63,249 nt of DNA, filler included, from Octopus bimaculoides (GCF_001194135.2; 5 parts of 5 records of this genome joined end to end with filler, not necessarily neighbours in it), one strand, 5' to 3'. Numbered from the whole stretch's first letter, positions 14,330 to 27,883 are shown. Translations and numbers: made by a program. Notes: generated from the letters alone by a model not told the origin.

Positions 14330-14935
14330 GTTTACGTGGATATGCTGATGGTATATGGCAGCCGCTATCGGTCGAACCCTTCTGGAAAGTTGCCCCACAA
14401 CGAGGTTTCAAGAAGGGAGGGTGAGCTTGGCAGTATCCTCTGTTTTCTGACTGTGGCAAAAGAGGATATGTGGTGGACCAGGCTGAAAAGATTGAAGGCA
14501 GATACCACCTTTCCCTCCAATGAAACCCTCTTTGAAGTTTTCAAGTTCTATTTGGAAAGGGGAAATCAGGATGGAGAAGAAAGTGGTCTGTCCCGGTAAA
14601 TTTGTAAAGATGTGTGTGACTGTGGGAAAGGTAGTTAGGGTGAATGGGGCCTTTTCTATGTATCCGTCTGTACAACAGCTGGGTAAGGAATTATGCCCTT
14701 GGTGATCAGGACGATTGTACTTCTTATTCGGGCCTTCATTGACCCTCGTTAGAGCCTCCTCTGTATTAGACTCTATCATTCATGTGTTTACATATTTTGT
14801 ATTCTATGTATGTTTTCATCTCATCCTCTCCCTTTCTTCCCTCCATGTTTTTTTTTTTTAAATTCCAACTTTTTATGTTGTCCGTATAATGTCCCCCATT
14901 AATGCCCTTATGGCGAACATAAGAAATCATATCAT
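14330..14935 (+). mobile_element. Tx1/L1-clade LINE 3' fragment (ORF2 C-terminus plus 3' UTR)
   Basis: Frameshifted peptides LTVAKEDMWWTRLKRLK..FKFYLER and EIRMEKKVVCPGKFVKMCVTVGKVVRVNG resemble an L1/Tx1 ORF2 end; ends in an (ATC)n-like tail. The family call is from memory. Confidence 0.5.
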
Positions 14936-14970
14936 CATCGTCGTTGTAGTAGTAGTAATAGTAGTAGTAA

Positions 14971-15017
<47 letters not shown>

Positions 15018-15053
15018 ATAGTAGTAGTAGTAGTNNNNNNNNNNTAGTAGTAA

Positions 15054-15101
<48 letters not shown>

Positions 15102-15250
15102 CAGCAGCAGCAGCAGCAGAAGCAGCAGCAGAAGCAGCAAGAAGAAGGAGGAGGAAAAGGAGGAGGAGGAGGAGAAGCAGCAAGAAGAAGAAGAAGAAGA
15201 AGAAGAAGAAGAAGAAGAAGAAGAAGAAGAAGAAGAAGAAGAAGAAGAAA
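14936..15250. repeat. Compound microsatellite (GTA)n-(GCA)n-(GGA)n-(AAG)n
   Basis: Direct reading. Confidence 0.95.
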
Positions 15251-16114
15251 TAAACATGTCCAAATAATTTTGAGTGTAGAGAAAACATTTTTTTTACGAA
15301 ATTCTATTGAAAGAAAATGTAATTAGAAAATATAAATTAGCAATTTTGTTTAATTAGTTAAAAAAATATAATTAATAGTGTCATGTTGACATCTTCACTG
15401 TTTACAACATCCGCGAGAAACAATCACTACTAAGACAGTACGATTTACTTCCCTTGGTAAGACAAGCGGCATCTTAGCAAAATACATTTTCGCCTCCATT
15501 AAAAGTACAACTGATGATCTTCTGAGAGAACAAGAGTGTAGGGAAATGGAAAGAATTGAATAAAAGTAGAAAAGTCAACAAAGAAAACGGAACAAAGATT
15601 ACTGAACAAAGATGAGTGAACAAAGATAAGACTAAACAATGATGAGTCCTAAACAAAGATAAAAATGAACGAAGATGAAAAATAATGAACAACGATAAAT
15701 ATGAAGGGAGGTTAAAAACAGAACGAAACGATGGCTTAAAATGTCTGTTTCTATTAAAATATATTCAGCAATGTTAGTGTTTTCTGAGAATAGTTTTATG
15801 GAGAACTAATGTAGCATTCTGCTTCTGAAATGCTTTTATTTGTTGAAATGAATATATTTTATGCAGTTTAATGGTGCATGTTGTTTTGTTTAATGGTGTA
15901 TAATGTATAATATCTGCGATGTAAATATAGATCGGCGTTGATATGCGTGTGTAGAGGAAAAAAAGAGAGAGAGGGAGAGAGAGGGGAGAGGAGAGGGGGG
16001 AGTGAGAGGGGAGAGAGAAAAAGAGGGGTAGAGAGAGAGAAAGATAGGGGTGAGTGAGAGAGAGACAACTCAATTGACTGACGGACAGACAGACAGTGAG
16101 GTAGATAGATAGAC

Positions 16115-16184
<70 letters not shown>

Positions 16185-16234
16185 TTTCATCATGCTTAGC
16201 TCTGCAAAAAAGGAGTCTATATATTACTCTATAT

Positions 16235-17275
16235 GTTCGGCATGACGCTGTGTGTTTGTGTGGAGGCATCCGTTAGCCTCGCGAGATCATAGATCTGATC
16301 CCACTTGTCTGCTTACAGTCTCTCAGTGAGAGAGATCTCTAGCGATGTCCATCTACCTTTCCAACTCTCATGTAAAGAGACAACATGTATCTCTTACCGA
16401 CATTTTTGAAACGAAGATGGCGTCATCCCTGCGTTATCTTAACGGAGGCTACTTAATACCTGCAGAGGTATTACATAAGATGACACAGCTCGAGCTACGA
16501 CCTCATGTTTGGTGACTCGGTTAGTGCGCTTGATGACCAGTATGCGTCTTATGCAGTGTGGCTGAATACGTTGGTACGCCACTCTTGTCTGAAGTGGATA
16601 ATCCAAATACAATTTCTTTAGACTGCATCCTTGATGTGCGCCGTCTGCTTGCAGTCCTCCCATTGTCAGTTTAGCTAGTGTTTAACCAGTCCTTTCAGTA
16701 CATCTGTTGATCTTAGACTCTAGGGATGTGATGGTGGAACTGAGGTATGTGAACTTGTGGTCTCTGTGTGGCTTGTAGTTGTTGATGATAATGATAGGTG
16801 AGAGCTCAGCAACTTGGCGCAGCAGTTTCGTTTTCTTTCAATGATGGTGAAACCGAAGTCATGATCGGCTCTTGTGAGACTATCAAGGACGCGTTGCATT
16901 TACTCCTGGTGTGTTATCAGCGCCGCATCGTCTGCAACCAGCATGTCGCTGGAGGGGCACTTCGCGTACTTTGGTTTTCGCATCAATCGGGACAGGCTTA
17001 GTAGTTTCCTGTCTAATCTCCAGTGAAAGTAAATGCCATGAGTTGGGATGCTTCAGTATGACAGCGAAGAGGGTAGAGGCGAGTACACAACCTTATTTGA
17101 TTTCACTGCAAATACTGACGGATTTCGATGAAAAGCCACCAAACATGCTTCATGTTTGTGTAGAATGATTGAACAATTCAAAGGATCCGCGGAGGGTACC
17201 TAATTCTGGCAAGGATCTTAAGCGGTCTTCTCTAGTTACAGAGTTGAAAACCTTCAGGGCGTCAACATTACAAAT
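16235..17275 (-). mobile_element. Decayed RTE-clade LINE, RT and C-terminal region
   Basis: Minus-strand peptides DALKVFNSVTR, DMLVADDAALIT.QE*MQRVLD..DFGFTI and HCIRRILVIKRTNRVTKHEVVARA match RTE RT motifs; in-frame stops and frameshifts. Confidence 0.8.
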
Positions 17276-17467
17276 AGAGCGATCGTCATGCTTTCCACAT
17301 TTTTCTTGTAACTATCGAAGGGATATCATGCGAATTGTTGACTGATCTGGCCTCACAAATTTGTTGCTTTTCAAGGAATAAATTTAAAACCGTTTGTGTT
17401 TTCTGGAGTCTTATTAAGTTATTAACAGTAGTAAAATGCCAATAATCTTTGTGTGTGTGCGTATACG

Positions 17468-17499
<32 letters not shown>

Positions 17500-18912
17500 T
17501 ATATANNNNNNNNNNNNNNNNNNNNNNNNNNNNNNNNNNNNNNNNNNNNNNNNNNNNNNNNNNNNNNNNNNNNNNNNNNNNNNNNNNNNNNNNNNNNNNN
17601 NNNNNNNNNNNNNNNNNNNNNNNNNNNNNNNNNNNNNNNNNNNNNNNNNNNNNNNNNNNNNNNNNNNNNNNNNNNNNNNNNNNNNNNNNNNNNNNNNNNN
17701 NNNNNNNNNNNNNNNNNNNNNNNNNNNNNNNNNNNNNNNNNNNNNNNNNNNNNNNNNNNNNNNNNNNNNNNNNNNNNNNNNNNNNNNNNNNNNNNNNNNN
17801 NNNNNNNNNNNNNNNNNNNNNNNNNNNNNNNNNNNNNNNNNNNNNNNNNNNNNNNNNNNNNNNNNNNNNNNNNNNNNNNNNNNNNNNNNNNNNNNNNNNN
17901 NNNNNNNNNNNNNNNNNNNNNNNNNNNNNNNNNNNNNNNNNNNNNNNNNNNNNNNNNNNNNNNNNNNNNNNNNNNNNNNNNNNNNNNNNNNNNNNNNNNN
18001 NNNNNNNNNNNNNNNNNNNNNNNNNNNNNNNNNNNNNNNNNNNNNNNNNNNNNNNNNNNNNNNNNNNNNNNNNNNNNNNNNNNNNNNNNNNNNNNNNNNN
18101 NNNNNNNNNNNNNNNNNNNNNNNNNNNNNNNNNNNNNNNNNNNNNNNNNNNNNNNNNNNNNNNNNNNNNNNNNNNNNNNNNNNNNNNNNNNNNNNNNNNN
18201 NNNNNNNNNNNNNNNNNNNNNNNNNNNNNNNNNNNNNNNNNNNNNNNNNNNNNNNNNNNNNNNNNNNNNNNNNNNNNNNNNNNNNNNNNNNNNNNNNNNN
18301 NNNNNNNNNNNNNNNNNNNNNNNNNNNNNNNNNNNNNNNNNNNNNNNNNNNNNNNNNNNNNNNNNNNNNNNNNNNNNATATACATATACAGCAACCAGCC
18401 ATGAGACTCGAACTCATATCCTATCTCTGCTGTTCTATCAGCGTTTATGCGTTTGAAAATCAAAATTATCATCTTCTTTGCATCTCACAATACACATTTC
18501 AACGCTTCTAAAACAGACATTAGTTTGTTTACATTTATCGTAATACATGTATTTGTTACTAAATGTGACTAGGGACTTAAGAAACACCTACATTGCTAGA
18601 AATAAGAGCTAAAATTCTCTAATGCTGGTCAACGCACATGAATGAAAACATACATTAACAGTGACTCGAATCTTCCGAAAAATGCCGACCATAATTTCGG
18701 ACATTTATGGTTCTTGTTAGTCTGTGTTTTCATCCATGTGCGTTAACTACAGCATTAGAGCATTTTAGCTGTTATTTCTAGCAATGTCGGTGTTTCTTAA
18801 CACTCTGGTCACATTTTGTGACAATTATAATTCCGCTTTTTGGTGAAACATTGCAACCCGCTGTTTATATTAATTTTGTGTGTGTGTATGTGTGTGTGTG
18901 TGCATACATATA

Positions 18913-19331
18913 CAGTGTGTTCAAAAAGTCTCTCCACAGTGAAATTTTCAAGAGTTTTTTTCGGTGACCGGATTATTTCGAAGGGACTTTGGCCACCAAG
19001 ATCACCTGATTTAACACCGCCACACTTTTTTTAAGGGGGGGGAAGCAAGTAAAGGATCAGTGTATAAGAATCGCCCGAAAACCTTAATAAATTAAAAGAC
19101 ACAATCATAACATTCACACGGACCATACCGCAACAGACTCTCCAAGATGTATTCCAAAACATGTGCAGAAGAGTCAACTTATGTATTTAAAATAAAGGAC
19201 GACACTTTCAACACCTTTTATAAAGTTTTTTAAAGTCTTGTAAAGTCTAATATATTCTTTTGTAGTCTTATGCCATCTTATAAATATTTATTTTGCAATA
19301 CTTACTGCGGAGAGATTTTTTGAACACCCTG
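18913..19331 (+). mobile_element. Non-autonomous mariner deletion derivative
   Basis: TIRs CAG(T/G)GTGTTCAAAAA..CTCTCC, TA flanks, internal WPPRSPDLTP transposase motif. Confidence 0.85.
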
Positions 19332-20985
19332 TACATGCCCACACATATGTATGAATGTACTACACGTGTATAAGGGATGACCACTAGGTGGACATCCAAT
19401 ATGCTAGAAAGAGATCATCAACGACCCAGCCACAAAGAAAAATAATGTTCTCCAAAAAAATTTCGCAAAAACACCAGAACAGTACAAAATGAGAAATATA
19501 CAGAATTAAGAATGAATGTATGAGTGTATATATGTATGCATGCAAATATGTATATATGTATTCTATGACAATGTTTGATATTTAGGATGTTCGTTTTATT
19601 GTGCCAGTGAGTGTGTATTTGTATTTCCGTGTGTGGGTGTTTGACTAAGTACAAATGTTTATAAGTGTGTGCTTTCTTTATATTTGCGGATGAACTTCAA
19701 CAGATCAACGAACCGAAACGAACTGTTGTAAAAAAGAGAATTTAATAAGTAAATGCATTTTTTATGTTCGAAGCATTGTCAAAATAAAATAAGACCAGAT
19801 AAATGATATAACAGTATAATATTCGTAAGAGTTAGTAGGCTTTCCTTGACATGTAGGGGAGACAAATCTAAACACGTTTCGTCTTATATTGAAGGCTTAT
19901 CAGCGAAAGAATAGCATCCCTTTAGACAAGTGTTGTCAGTATTTCTTATTTCTCTTTCAAAATATTTTTCTTATATCCGCAGTATGTGATACGTTACCTT
20001 TTAGCTACACTCTGCCCCAGTTGGAGCTGTTTAGATTGGTAGAATCGTGGTGGCTTGGCAAAATTGTTAGAGCCTTAAACAGTTTGCTTCGGTTCTTTAC
20101 GTATTGAGTTCAAATCCCGCCTTTCACACTTTCAAGGTCGATAAAATGAAGTACCAATGGAATAATAGGATTGATGTAATCGATTAACCCGGCTCTAAAA
20201 AATTTTATGTGTTGTGCATAAATGAGAAACAACTGTCAGGCACTTCCGGTATTTTTATTGAAGATATATATTCTGTGCTGAATGCAGTTAATCTCTATCA
20301 GAATGTATAGTTATTATGTTGCCTTGGAGTATGGCATCTGGGCTGTTCTTTTTGATATCATTGACATGCTGTTCATGTTTGTCCCAAATTATTATCGCCA
20401 GGTAATCGCCACACCATGGTTTTCGTGCAAGACTAAGTCACTTATTCTCAGCGTGCATGTCGAAATACCACCATCTTGCTAAATGAACATAGCTGCTTTC
20501 CTGTCACCTCAGGCGATATAATCTGTCTTTATAAGGACTAATCATCTGGAAATGATGTGATCAGTTGTCTCTTTCTATTGATTACATAATCTTATATAAT
20601 ATGTCGTTGCAAGACTGGTCAACCACATATGATGCGGTCGATTGTCTTATTACATTAAACACAGTCTCTTTTACTACGTCTTGGTGAGGACAGGTCAACC
20701 AGAAATCTTGTGACCAGTTTTATACAAATCTACAGTCGATATCAGCCTCTTGCTTCATTATTTTATCATGGTTATTGTTGACTGAGAAGTATTAATCTTT
20801 TTGTCTTAAAAATCAGACTTCCCGTTTCAGTTTTTTTTGCTTTTATTCCAGATTCTTTTAGCTTTTCTTCACTGTCATAATGGTTTATTTTCTCCATTTA
20901 TAGTCTTGCAGAATATTGGTCAGAAAAGAGTTGTTTTCTTATTTTAATTTTACTTCTTTAATTTTCTTTTTCTAAAGTTCCACTT

Positions 20986-21021
<36 letters not shown>

Positions 21022-21481
21022 CGTTTTCTGCCGTTGTTTTGTCATCATCTAAATCTGTTTTCTCTGGTGCAATTAACTTTTAGCTCGTATTTTTCCCGTT
21101 GTATACAGCAAAGAGCTGGGTATTTTTGTTGTTCTGTTTTGTACTTTATTCTTTGTTGTTTTTTTTTACATGTAATTCTAATGAGTTTCCCTTTGTTTTC
21201 TTTTAAATGTTTCATTATATCCACTCTGATTATTCTCTAATAGCCCATTAATTGTATCTGGCCTCTTTGTGTGTTCATAGTAGTTACATCTTATTTACAT
21301 CAGATTTAGTACGGTAAGTCCATAATGCAGTTGTAGCTTTAGTTTTCCTATCTAAGCTCTTCAATTCACGTAATTTTTAGTTGATTATATTGAAAGCGAT
21401 GTCTTGTATGTCGATACCTATTGTCTTGTATCGGTCATTAAGTATAGGTTGTTTTTTTTTTATATATTAATTACTCCGCTG

Positions 21482-21690
21482 GGGTTGCGAACTGGCAGAA
21501 TCGTTAGCCCGCCGGACAAAATACTTAGTAGCATTTCACCCGTCTTCACGTTCTGAGTTCAAATTCTGCCGAGATCGACTTATCCTTTTGTGGGGTCGAT
21601 AACTTAGGTACCAGTTGAGCACTTGGGTCGATGTAATTGACTAGCCTCCTTCTCCGAAATTGCTGACCGTGTGCCAAAATTTGAAAAAAA
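21482..21690 (+). mobile_element. SINE family C (GGCGAGCTGGCAGAATCGTTAG head)
   Basis: GCGAACTGGCAGAATCGTTAGC...TTCTGAGTTCAAATTCTGCCGAG..GACT...CCAAAATTTGAAA; relatives at about 19990-20225, 26070-26168, 43810/44134-44202 and 49743-49935. Confidence 0.8.
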
Positions 21691-22651
21691 TATTAACTCT
21701 TCCGTCAGACTCTCTTCTCGTTTTTTCCTTCGCTTTTGTTTCTGTTATAATTTCTCAGTTTCATTCATTCCTAATTACTGGTATAAGTTGTTTATTCTCA
21801 TCTCATTCTCTGAATGCAATACCTTACACAAAGTTTTGATTTATTTGTCACTTATCTTGAGTAGCTTTGGCAGATGTGTCTAATTCAATATTCATATTGG
21901 CATCAGAGCAGTTCTCCATTTGATTGAGTACAAATGAGAAATGAGTAGCCGGAATTTTTTTTCTTCTAATTAAATTTAACACCTCATTCTAACAGTGAAA
22001 ATATTATTTCTGTTATTTATAGTACAAGCTATAACATATATTCCAGTTTCAGAGGCCTGGAAAATTAAGAAAATCTATCACATTTTAAACAATGGCCTTG
22101 ATATTCAACCATTAAGGGTCTCCAAAAAAGAACAAAGCACTAAGGGCTTACATTTCCTTTCCAAGTCGCAAGAAGGCCTTCAGCGTTGCCAGGTTGACTA
22201 TTCGAATGAACGATATCGAATCAGTTATCCTGAGCAGCAATGTTTTATTACAAGAAACTGGATTAAGCTTTCAACAGATGAAAACAGAAGCAGCAAAGCA
22301 AACATAATCACGGCACATAAGAAGACATCGATGAACAACTATTAAAACATACCATCTTAGCCGCTTTCCACTTCAAGATCTGAACCTAATTTGACTCAAA
22401 AAGCCTAAACCGAATCGTCGGTCCAGCTCCATGAGGAACTGGTGGTGGTTGACACGCGGTTGCTTCTTCAAATGCGTAGTTAGTTATAGCTGATTAATGA
22501 ATTATGCTGTTACAGTCTCTCTTATTCCTTGATTATGCTACCTTCAGTACGGTACCTGGTTTTCTGAGGTGGCTGATACCATGACGATGCAATCGTTCGT
22601 GTATATAATAGTTTATAAATATACTTACATGTGTTTATATATATAAACATG

Positions 22652-22708
<57 letters not shown>

Positions 22709-22808
22709 NNNNNNNNNNNNNNNNNNNNNNNNNNNNNNNNNNNNNNNNNNNNTTAATTAATTAANNNNNNNNNNNNNNNNNNNNNNNNNNNNNNNNNNNN
22801 NNNNNNNN
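22709..22808. other. 100-bp scaffold-join spacer (44 N + TTAATTAATTAA + 44 N)
   Basis: Identical blocks at 36916-37015, 44203-44302 and 57262-57361. The 12-mer places TAA stops in all six frames. Confidence 0.9.
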
Positions 22809-22820
22809 ATATGTATAAAC

Positions 22821-22851
<31 letters not shown>

Positions 22852-23479
22852 AACACATACATACATAAAGTGTATGTGTATATAGTGTATATATATATAT
22901 AGTGTATGTATGAAAATGTATATATTAAATGCATAAACGTGTATATATTATATAAACACATATACATATTAAGTCTGTATATATACATGTCACACATATT
23001 AAAGTATATACACAGTTCTATTCTATTCGTTCTGCCAAACCTATTTATATACACGGTGTATGTAATCCATATCTAATCTATTATGTATTCTTATGGCAGT
23101 GTCTACGTGTATATAAGCTATTGTATACCTACTTCATTACATAGTGTGTATGTATCTATATATATATACACACACACGCGCACACAATCCATGCATATAT
23201 TACTTTACACTTGTGTATTTATAATACTTATGTGTATATATTACTATATTTCATGTATGTTTATTACAATAATTAATATATTGTACATACAATTTTCACA
23301 TAAATTGTGTATACATTTTTTGCTGTTGATGTATAAAACTAGACATACGTTGTGTATACGCACATTACATGATCATGATACTAATTAATAAGCAGATTTC
23401 TTTATAGATATATTCCTACACACACACACATATATATATATAATAAATTTATACCTGCGATTACTGTTTATATACATAC

Positions 23480-23510
<31 letters not shown>

Positions 23511-24399
23511 TATATATATTTAACAGTAAGTACTATGTCTTAGGAAATATATAGCATAGGAAATGTATATATATTACCTTTATATATAAAACATTGTATA
23601 TGTTTATATAATATACAACACATGTTCAATATATATTTATACATATGTATGTATTATATACTTATACTATACATTATATATATGTATAATATACATTTAT
23701 ATATGTATATAAATATATTGTCTTTGTTTTTTTTTCCAGATTTCTCATTTCCCATTGAAAGGATATTTAAATTTCCTTTTTTTTTTTGCTAATCATCACC
23801 ATCTGGAGACAAAGTCTGACGAAAAGCACCGGTTGATGTCTTAATTTCCCCCTGCCTGGATATATATATAGATATACATATATACATTTCCCCCCCCCCC
23901 CTGAAAAATATTAAAAAAAAATTAACAAAAAAATCCGATACCACTAACTGCCATATATATATATATATATGTAAATTGCACTCCACGTGATATTGTAGTG
24001 TTAAAATAATACAAATTTGTGACTTGAAAGACACGACGAACATTGCGATTGAACTTTGCAACCCAGCCTTAACACAAGGTCACAACATACATTACACATA
24101 CACACACATCTCATTCAAATATACAGACACATACACGCTTGTGCGTGTTTCTCTCTCACACACACACATACATATACATAAACTCAGACAATTAAGACAC
24201 ATTTAATATATACATATATATATATATAAATATATATATGTATATACAATATATATAGACATTTACATGCACACACATACACCTATATATATAATATATA
24301 CGCCCTATACAAGGGCCAGATCTCATGTAAACGACCCTAACGGTCTCCCCCCCTCTCTGTCCCTATATCTACTTCAAACTTGAAAAACCTAACTGCCTT

Positions 24400-25875
24400 T
24401 CGCCGCCCCCCTTTCTTCTTCACACAAAAGAGTCATGGATTCATAACTCCTACTGCTTTCCTGCTGCTGCGCCCTACTTCCGCTCTGCTGTTTCTCTACT
24501 GCTATAGGCATCATCGTTCGTTGAACCTCAGACGTCCGTTGTTCCAACTGCTTTAAAACAATTTCAACTTTGCATCTTCGGTCCTACTACTACTACTACC
24601 ACTACTACTGCTGCGAGGAGGGAAGTACAACGCTGCTTCTCGACTGCAATACTACTGCAGCTTCGGCCAGAACGGAATACATTGTTGATTTCTCAACTGC
24701 AATACTACTGCAGCTTCGGCCCGCCGCTCTGAGGACGGAATACATTGTTGATTTCTCAACTGCAATACCACTGCAGCATCGGCCAGCTGCTCTGAGGACG
24801 GAGTAATATCGCTGTTTTGTCCAACAGCAAATACCACTGCAGCGTCGGTCCGGCTCTCCTGTCGGCAGTGGGTGTCACTTTTTTGTCAATTGTATAAAGA
24901 TCGCTGCTGCTGCTGTTTCCGTTGTGCTTCCCGGATACTCCACAACCGGATATTGCGTAACGCGACAACACCGCCGCGACCACCACCGCAGAGTCATTCA
25001 ACATCTTTATCGGACCAGCTTCAAGGCTATAAGCTCGTTCGTCAGCTGACAGAGTATATATATATACATATATATATTATATATATCTCTGCGTCACACG
25101 GTTCTCCGCCACCCTAGTAACAGCACCTACCAACCTACCTACCTCACAGCTGTTGCTGCTCCAGGGCCAGGACCGAACCGCCAAACCAACCAGCCAACCT
25201 GTTTTTGTTTTTGGTGGGGGAATAAAGCACTCTTTGCCTTAATGCCGACCACTCCTGAGTGGTTGGTGTTATTTTCTAAAGCAGGTATTTAAGCACCACC
25301 ACCATCACCGCTACTACTATTACCTCGCCAGGGCATATTTATTTACCAGATCACCATAAACAGCAACAACAAGGACTATTATTATTATTATTACGACTAA
25401 AATCCTGTTTGGTATACACTATACAAATCACATCTAGACCAACCCTTGTTTTGTCACCATCTCTCTCAACTTGTTCATCAGAAGCAGTAGCGACACCATC
25501 CACTANNNNNNNNNNNNNNNNNNNNNNNNNNNNNNNNNNNNNNNNNNNNNNNNNNNNNNNNNNNNNNNNNNNNNNNNNNNNNNNNNNNNNNNNNNNNNNN
25601 NNNNNNNNNNNNNNNNNNNNNNNNNNNNNNNNNNNNNNNCCCTTTCTGTAATCATCATCATCATCCCTGACGGAGAAAAACAAAAACTCGATCCATCGTC
25701 CTCACCACCACCACCTGAGTGAAGAAGGAAGAAGGAAAAAAAAAGAAACAGAGGTGGCCAGTCGGTTTGGTTTGGCCTGGTTTTGATTGGTTGGTGCGTG
25801 CCGGTAAGGGGGTAACACGTGGCCCCTAGGCGCCAGCCAGCCAAGACCTGGAACGGAACCAGGCTAAGCCGAGCC
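24400..25875. promoter_or_regulatory. CpG-rich promoter and 5' UTR region of RBBP6, possibly bidirectional
   Basis: Local GC and CpG enrichment against an AT-rich background, immediately upstream of the RBBP6 ATG. Confidence 0.5.
24643..24860. repeat. 53-63 bp tandem repeat, about 3.5 units
   Basis: Unit ACTGCAATAC(T/C)ACTGCAGC(T/A)TCGGCC...ACGGAATACATTGTTGATTTCTCA starting at 24643, 24696 and 24759, with a degenerate unit near 24823. Confidence 0.9.
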
Positions 25876-26044
25876 ATGTCTTCTGTTCATTACAAATTCA
25901 AGAGCTGTCTCAATTATGACACGGTCACCTTCGACGGCCTGCACATATCCCTGGCCGATCTCAAGAAGGCCATTATCCAACAGAAGAAGCTGGGCAAGTC
26001 GGTGGAGTTCGATCTACAGATCACCAACGCCCAAAGCAACGAAC
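25876..26044 (+). CDS. RBBP6: RBBP6 (E3 ubiquitin ligase, DWNN domain) coding exon 1
   Basis: MSSVHYKFKSCLNYDTVTFDGLHISLADLKKAIIQQKKLGKSVEFDLQITNAQSNE closely matches the RBBP6 DWNN N-terminus (MSCVHYKFSSKLNYDTVTFDGLHISL). Kozak context GCCATG; phase-1 donor C|GTGAGT. Confidence 0.95.
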
Positions 26045-27098
26045 GTGAGTACACCAATTAATTGTTATTACGTTCTGAGTTCAAATTCCGCCCGAGTCGA
26101 CCTTTGCCTTTCATCCTTTCGCGGATCCTAGCATTGCTGGCCTTGTGGCAAAATTTGAAATTATTATTGTTACTTTGATCGATGTTAACCCCCCCCCCTG
26201 ACATGTTTTGTGCGTTGTAATTCGTTCTTTTATATTGNNNNNNNNNNNNNNNNNNNNNNNNNNNNNNNNNNNNNNNNNNNNNNNNNNNNNNNNNNNNNNN
26301 NNNNNNNNNNNNNNNNNNNNNNNNNNNNNNNNNNNNNNNNNNNNNNNNNNNNNNNNNNNNNNNNNNNNNNNNNNNNNNNNNNNNNNNNNNNNNNNNNNNN
26401 NNNNNNNNNNNNNNNNNNNNNNNNNNNNNNNNNNNNNNNNNNNNNNNNNNNNNNNNNNNNNNNNNNNNNNNNNNNNNNNNNNNNNNNNNNNNNNNNNNNN
26501 NNNNNNNNNNNNNNNNNNNNNNNNNNNNNNNNNNNNNNNNNNNNNNNNNNNNNNNNNNNNNNNNNNNNNNNNNNNNNNNNNNNNNNNNNNNNNNNNNNNN
26601 NNNNNNNNNNNNNNNNNNNNNNNNNNNNNNNNNNNNNNNNNNNNNNNNNNNNNNNNNNNNNNNNNNNNNNNNNNNNNNNNNNNNNNNNNNNNNNNNNNNN
26701 NNNNNNNNNNNNNNNNNNNNNNNNNNNNNNNNNNNNNNNNNNNNNNNNNNNNNNNNNNNNNNNNNNNNNNNNNNNNNNNNNNNNNNNNNNNNNNNNNNNN
26801 NNNNNNNNNNNNNNNNNNNNNNNNNNNNNNNNNNNNNNNNNNNNNNNNNNNNNNNNNNNNNNNNNNNNNNNNNNNNNNNNNNNNNNNNNNNNNNNNNNNN
26901 NNNNNNNNNNNNNNNNNNNNNNNNNNNNNNNNNNNNNNNNNNNNNNNNNNNNNNNNNNNNNNNNNNNNNNNNNNNNNNNNNNNNNNNNNNNNNNNNNNNN
27001 NNNNNNNNNNNNNNNNNNNNNNNNNNNNNNNNNNNNNNNNNNNNNNNNNNNNNNNNNNNNNNNNNNNNNNNNNNNNNNNNNNNNNNNNNNNNNNNNNN

Positions 27099-27371
27099 CA
27101 AAGCATTGTGAGTGGATTTGGTAGACGGAAACTGAAAGAAGCCCATCGTATATATGTATATATATATATGTGTGTCTGTGTTTGTCCCCCCAACATCGCT
27201 TGACAACCGATGCTGGTGTGTTTACGTCCCCGTAACTTAGTGGTTCGGGAACAGAGACCGATAGAATAAGTACTAGGCTTACAAAGAATAAGTCCTGGGG
27301 TCGATTTGCTCGACTAAAAGGCGGTGCTCCAGCATAGCCGCAGTCAAATGACTGAAACAAGTAAAAGAGTA
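27099..27371 (+). mobile_element. SINE family A, 3' part (head lies in the gap)
   Basis: Homology to 6215-6624. Confidence 0.85.
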
Positions 27372-27851
27372 ATTTGCTCCGTCTGGACCGTTAATACAAC
27401 AGATGGACTTGAAACGTTTTCCAATTAAGAAGTTAATGTATGCATCATTATTGTTAATGACATGTATTTATCAATTGGAATTTTGTCTTAACAAGGATCT
27501 CTAATGAACTTCGTTTATTTTATGTTCCCTATTCTCTAACTCTATCTCCCCCTCCTTGGGGGAATCACGTACGTTGTACGATACTGTTTTTTTTTTAATT
27601 GTAACAATTACAGAAATTACGAACAAACCAGAACAACGGAATACAATGGAAAAGCACGTTGGGTTTTTTTTTCTTTCTATTTTTCGAACACTCCTAAACG
27701 GTTCGGATGGAAGTCAATATAAAACCCGAAACGGGAGGGCGAAACGAAATGCTTTTCGTTTCAGTGTAAATTATATTATATACGTATATTTACGTGTTTG
27801 CGTGTAGTACTTATATGTATGTAGTATTTCTCTCTCTATGTATGTATGTGA

Positions 27852-27883
<32 letters not shown>

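Noticed and set aside
19690-19726. CAACA...CCGAAACG..TGTTG hammerhead relic
   Set aside because: Core and stem II are absent.
22753-22764. Recurrent TTAATTAATTAA islands (also 36960, 44247, 57306) as a biological motif
   Set aside because: Each is centred in an exact 100-bp N block, so it is an artificial six-frame-stop scaffold spacer.
24643-24860. Repeat array as CRISPR
   Set aside because: No unique spacers, eukaryotic context and no cas genes.
25819-25875. N-terminal extension of RBBP6 from the GTG at 25819
   Set aside because: Homology starts at the ATG at 25876, which has a good Kozak context.
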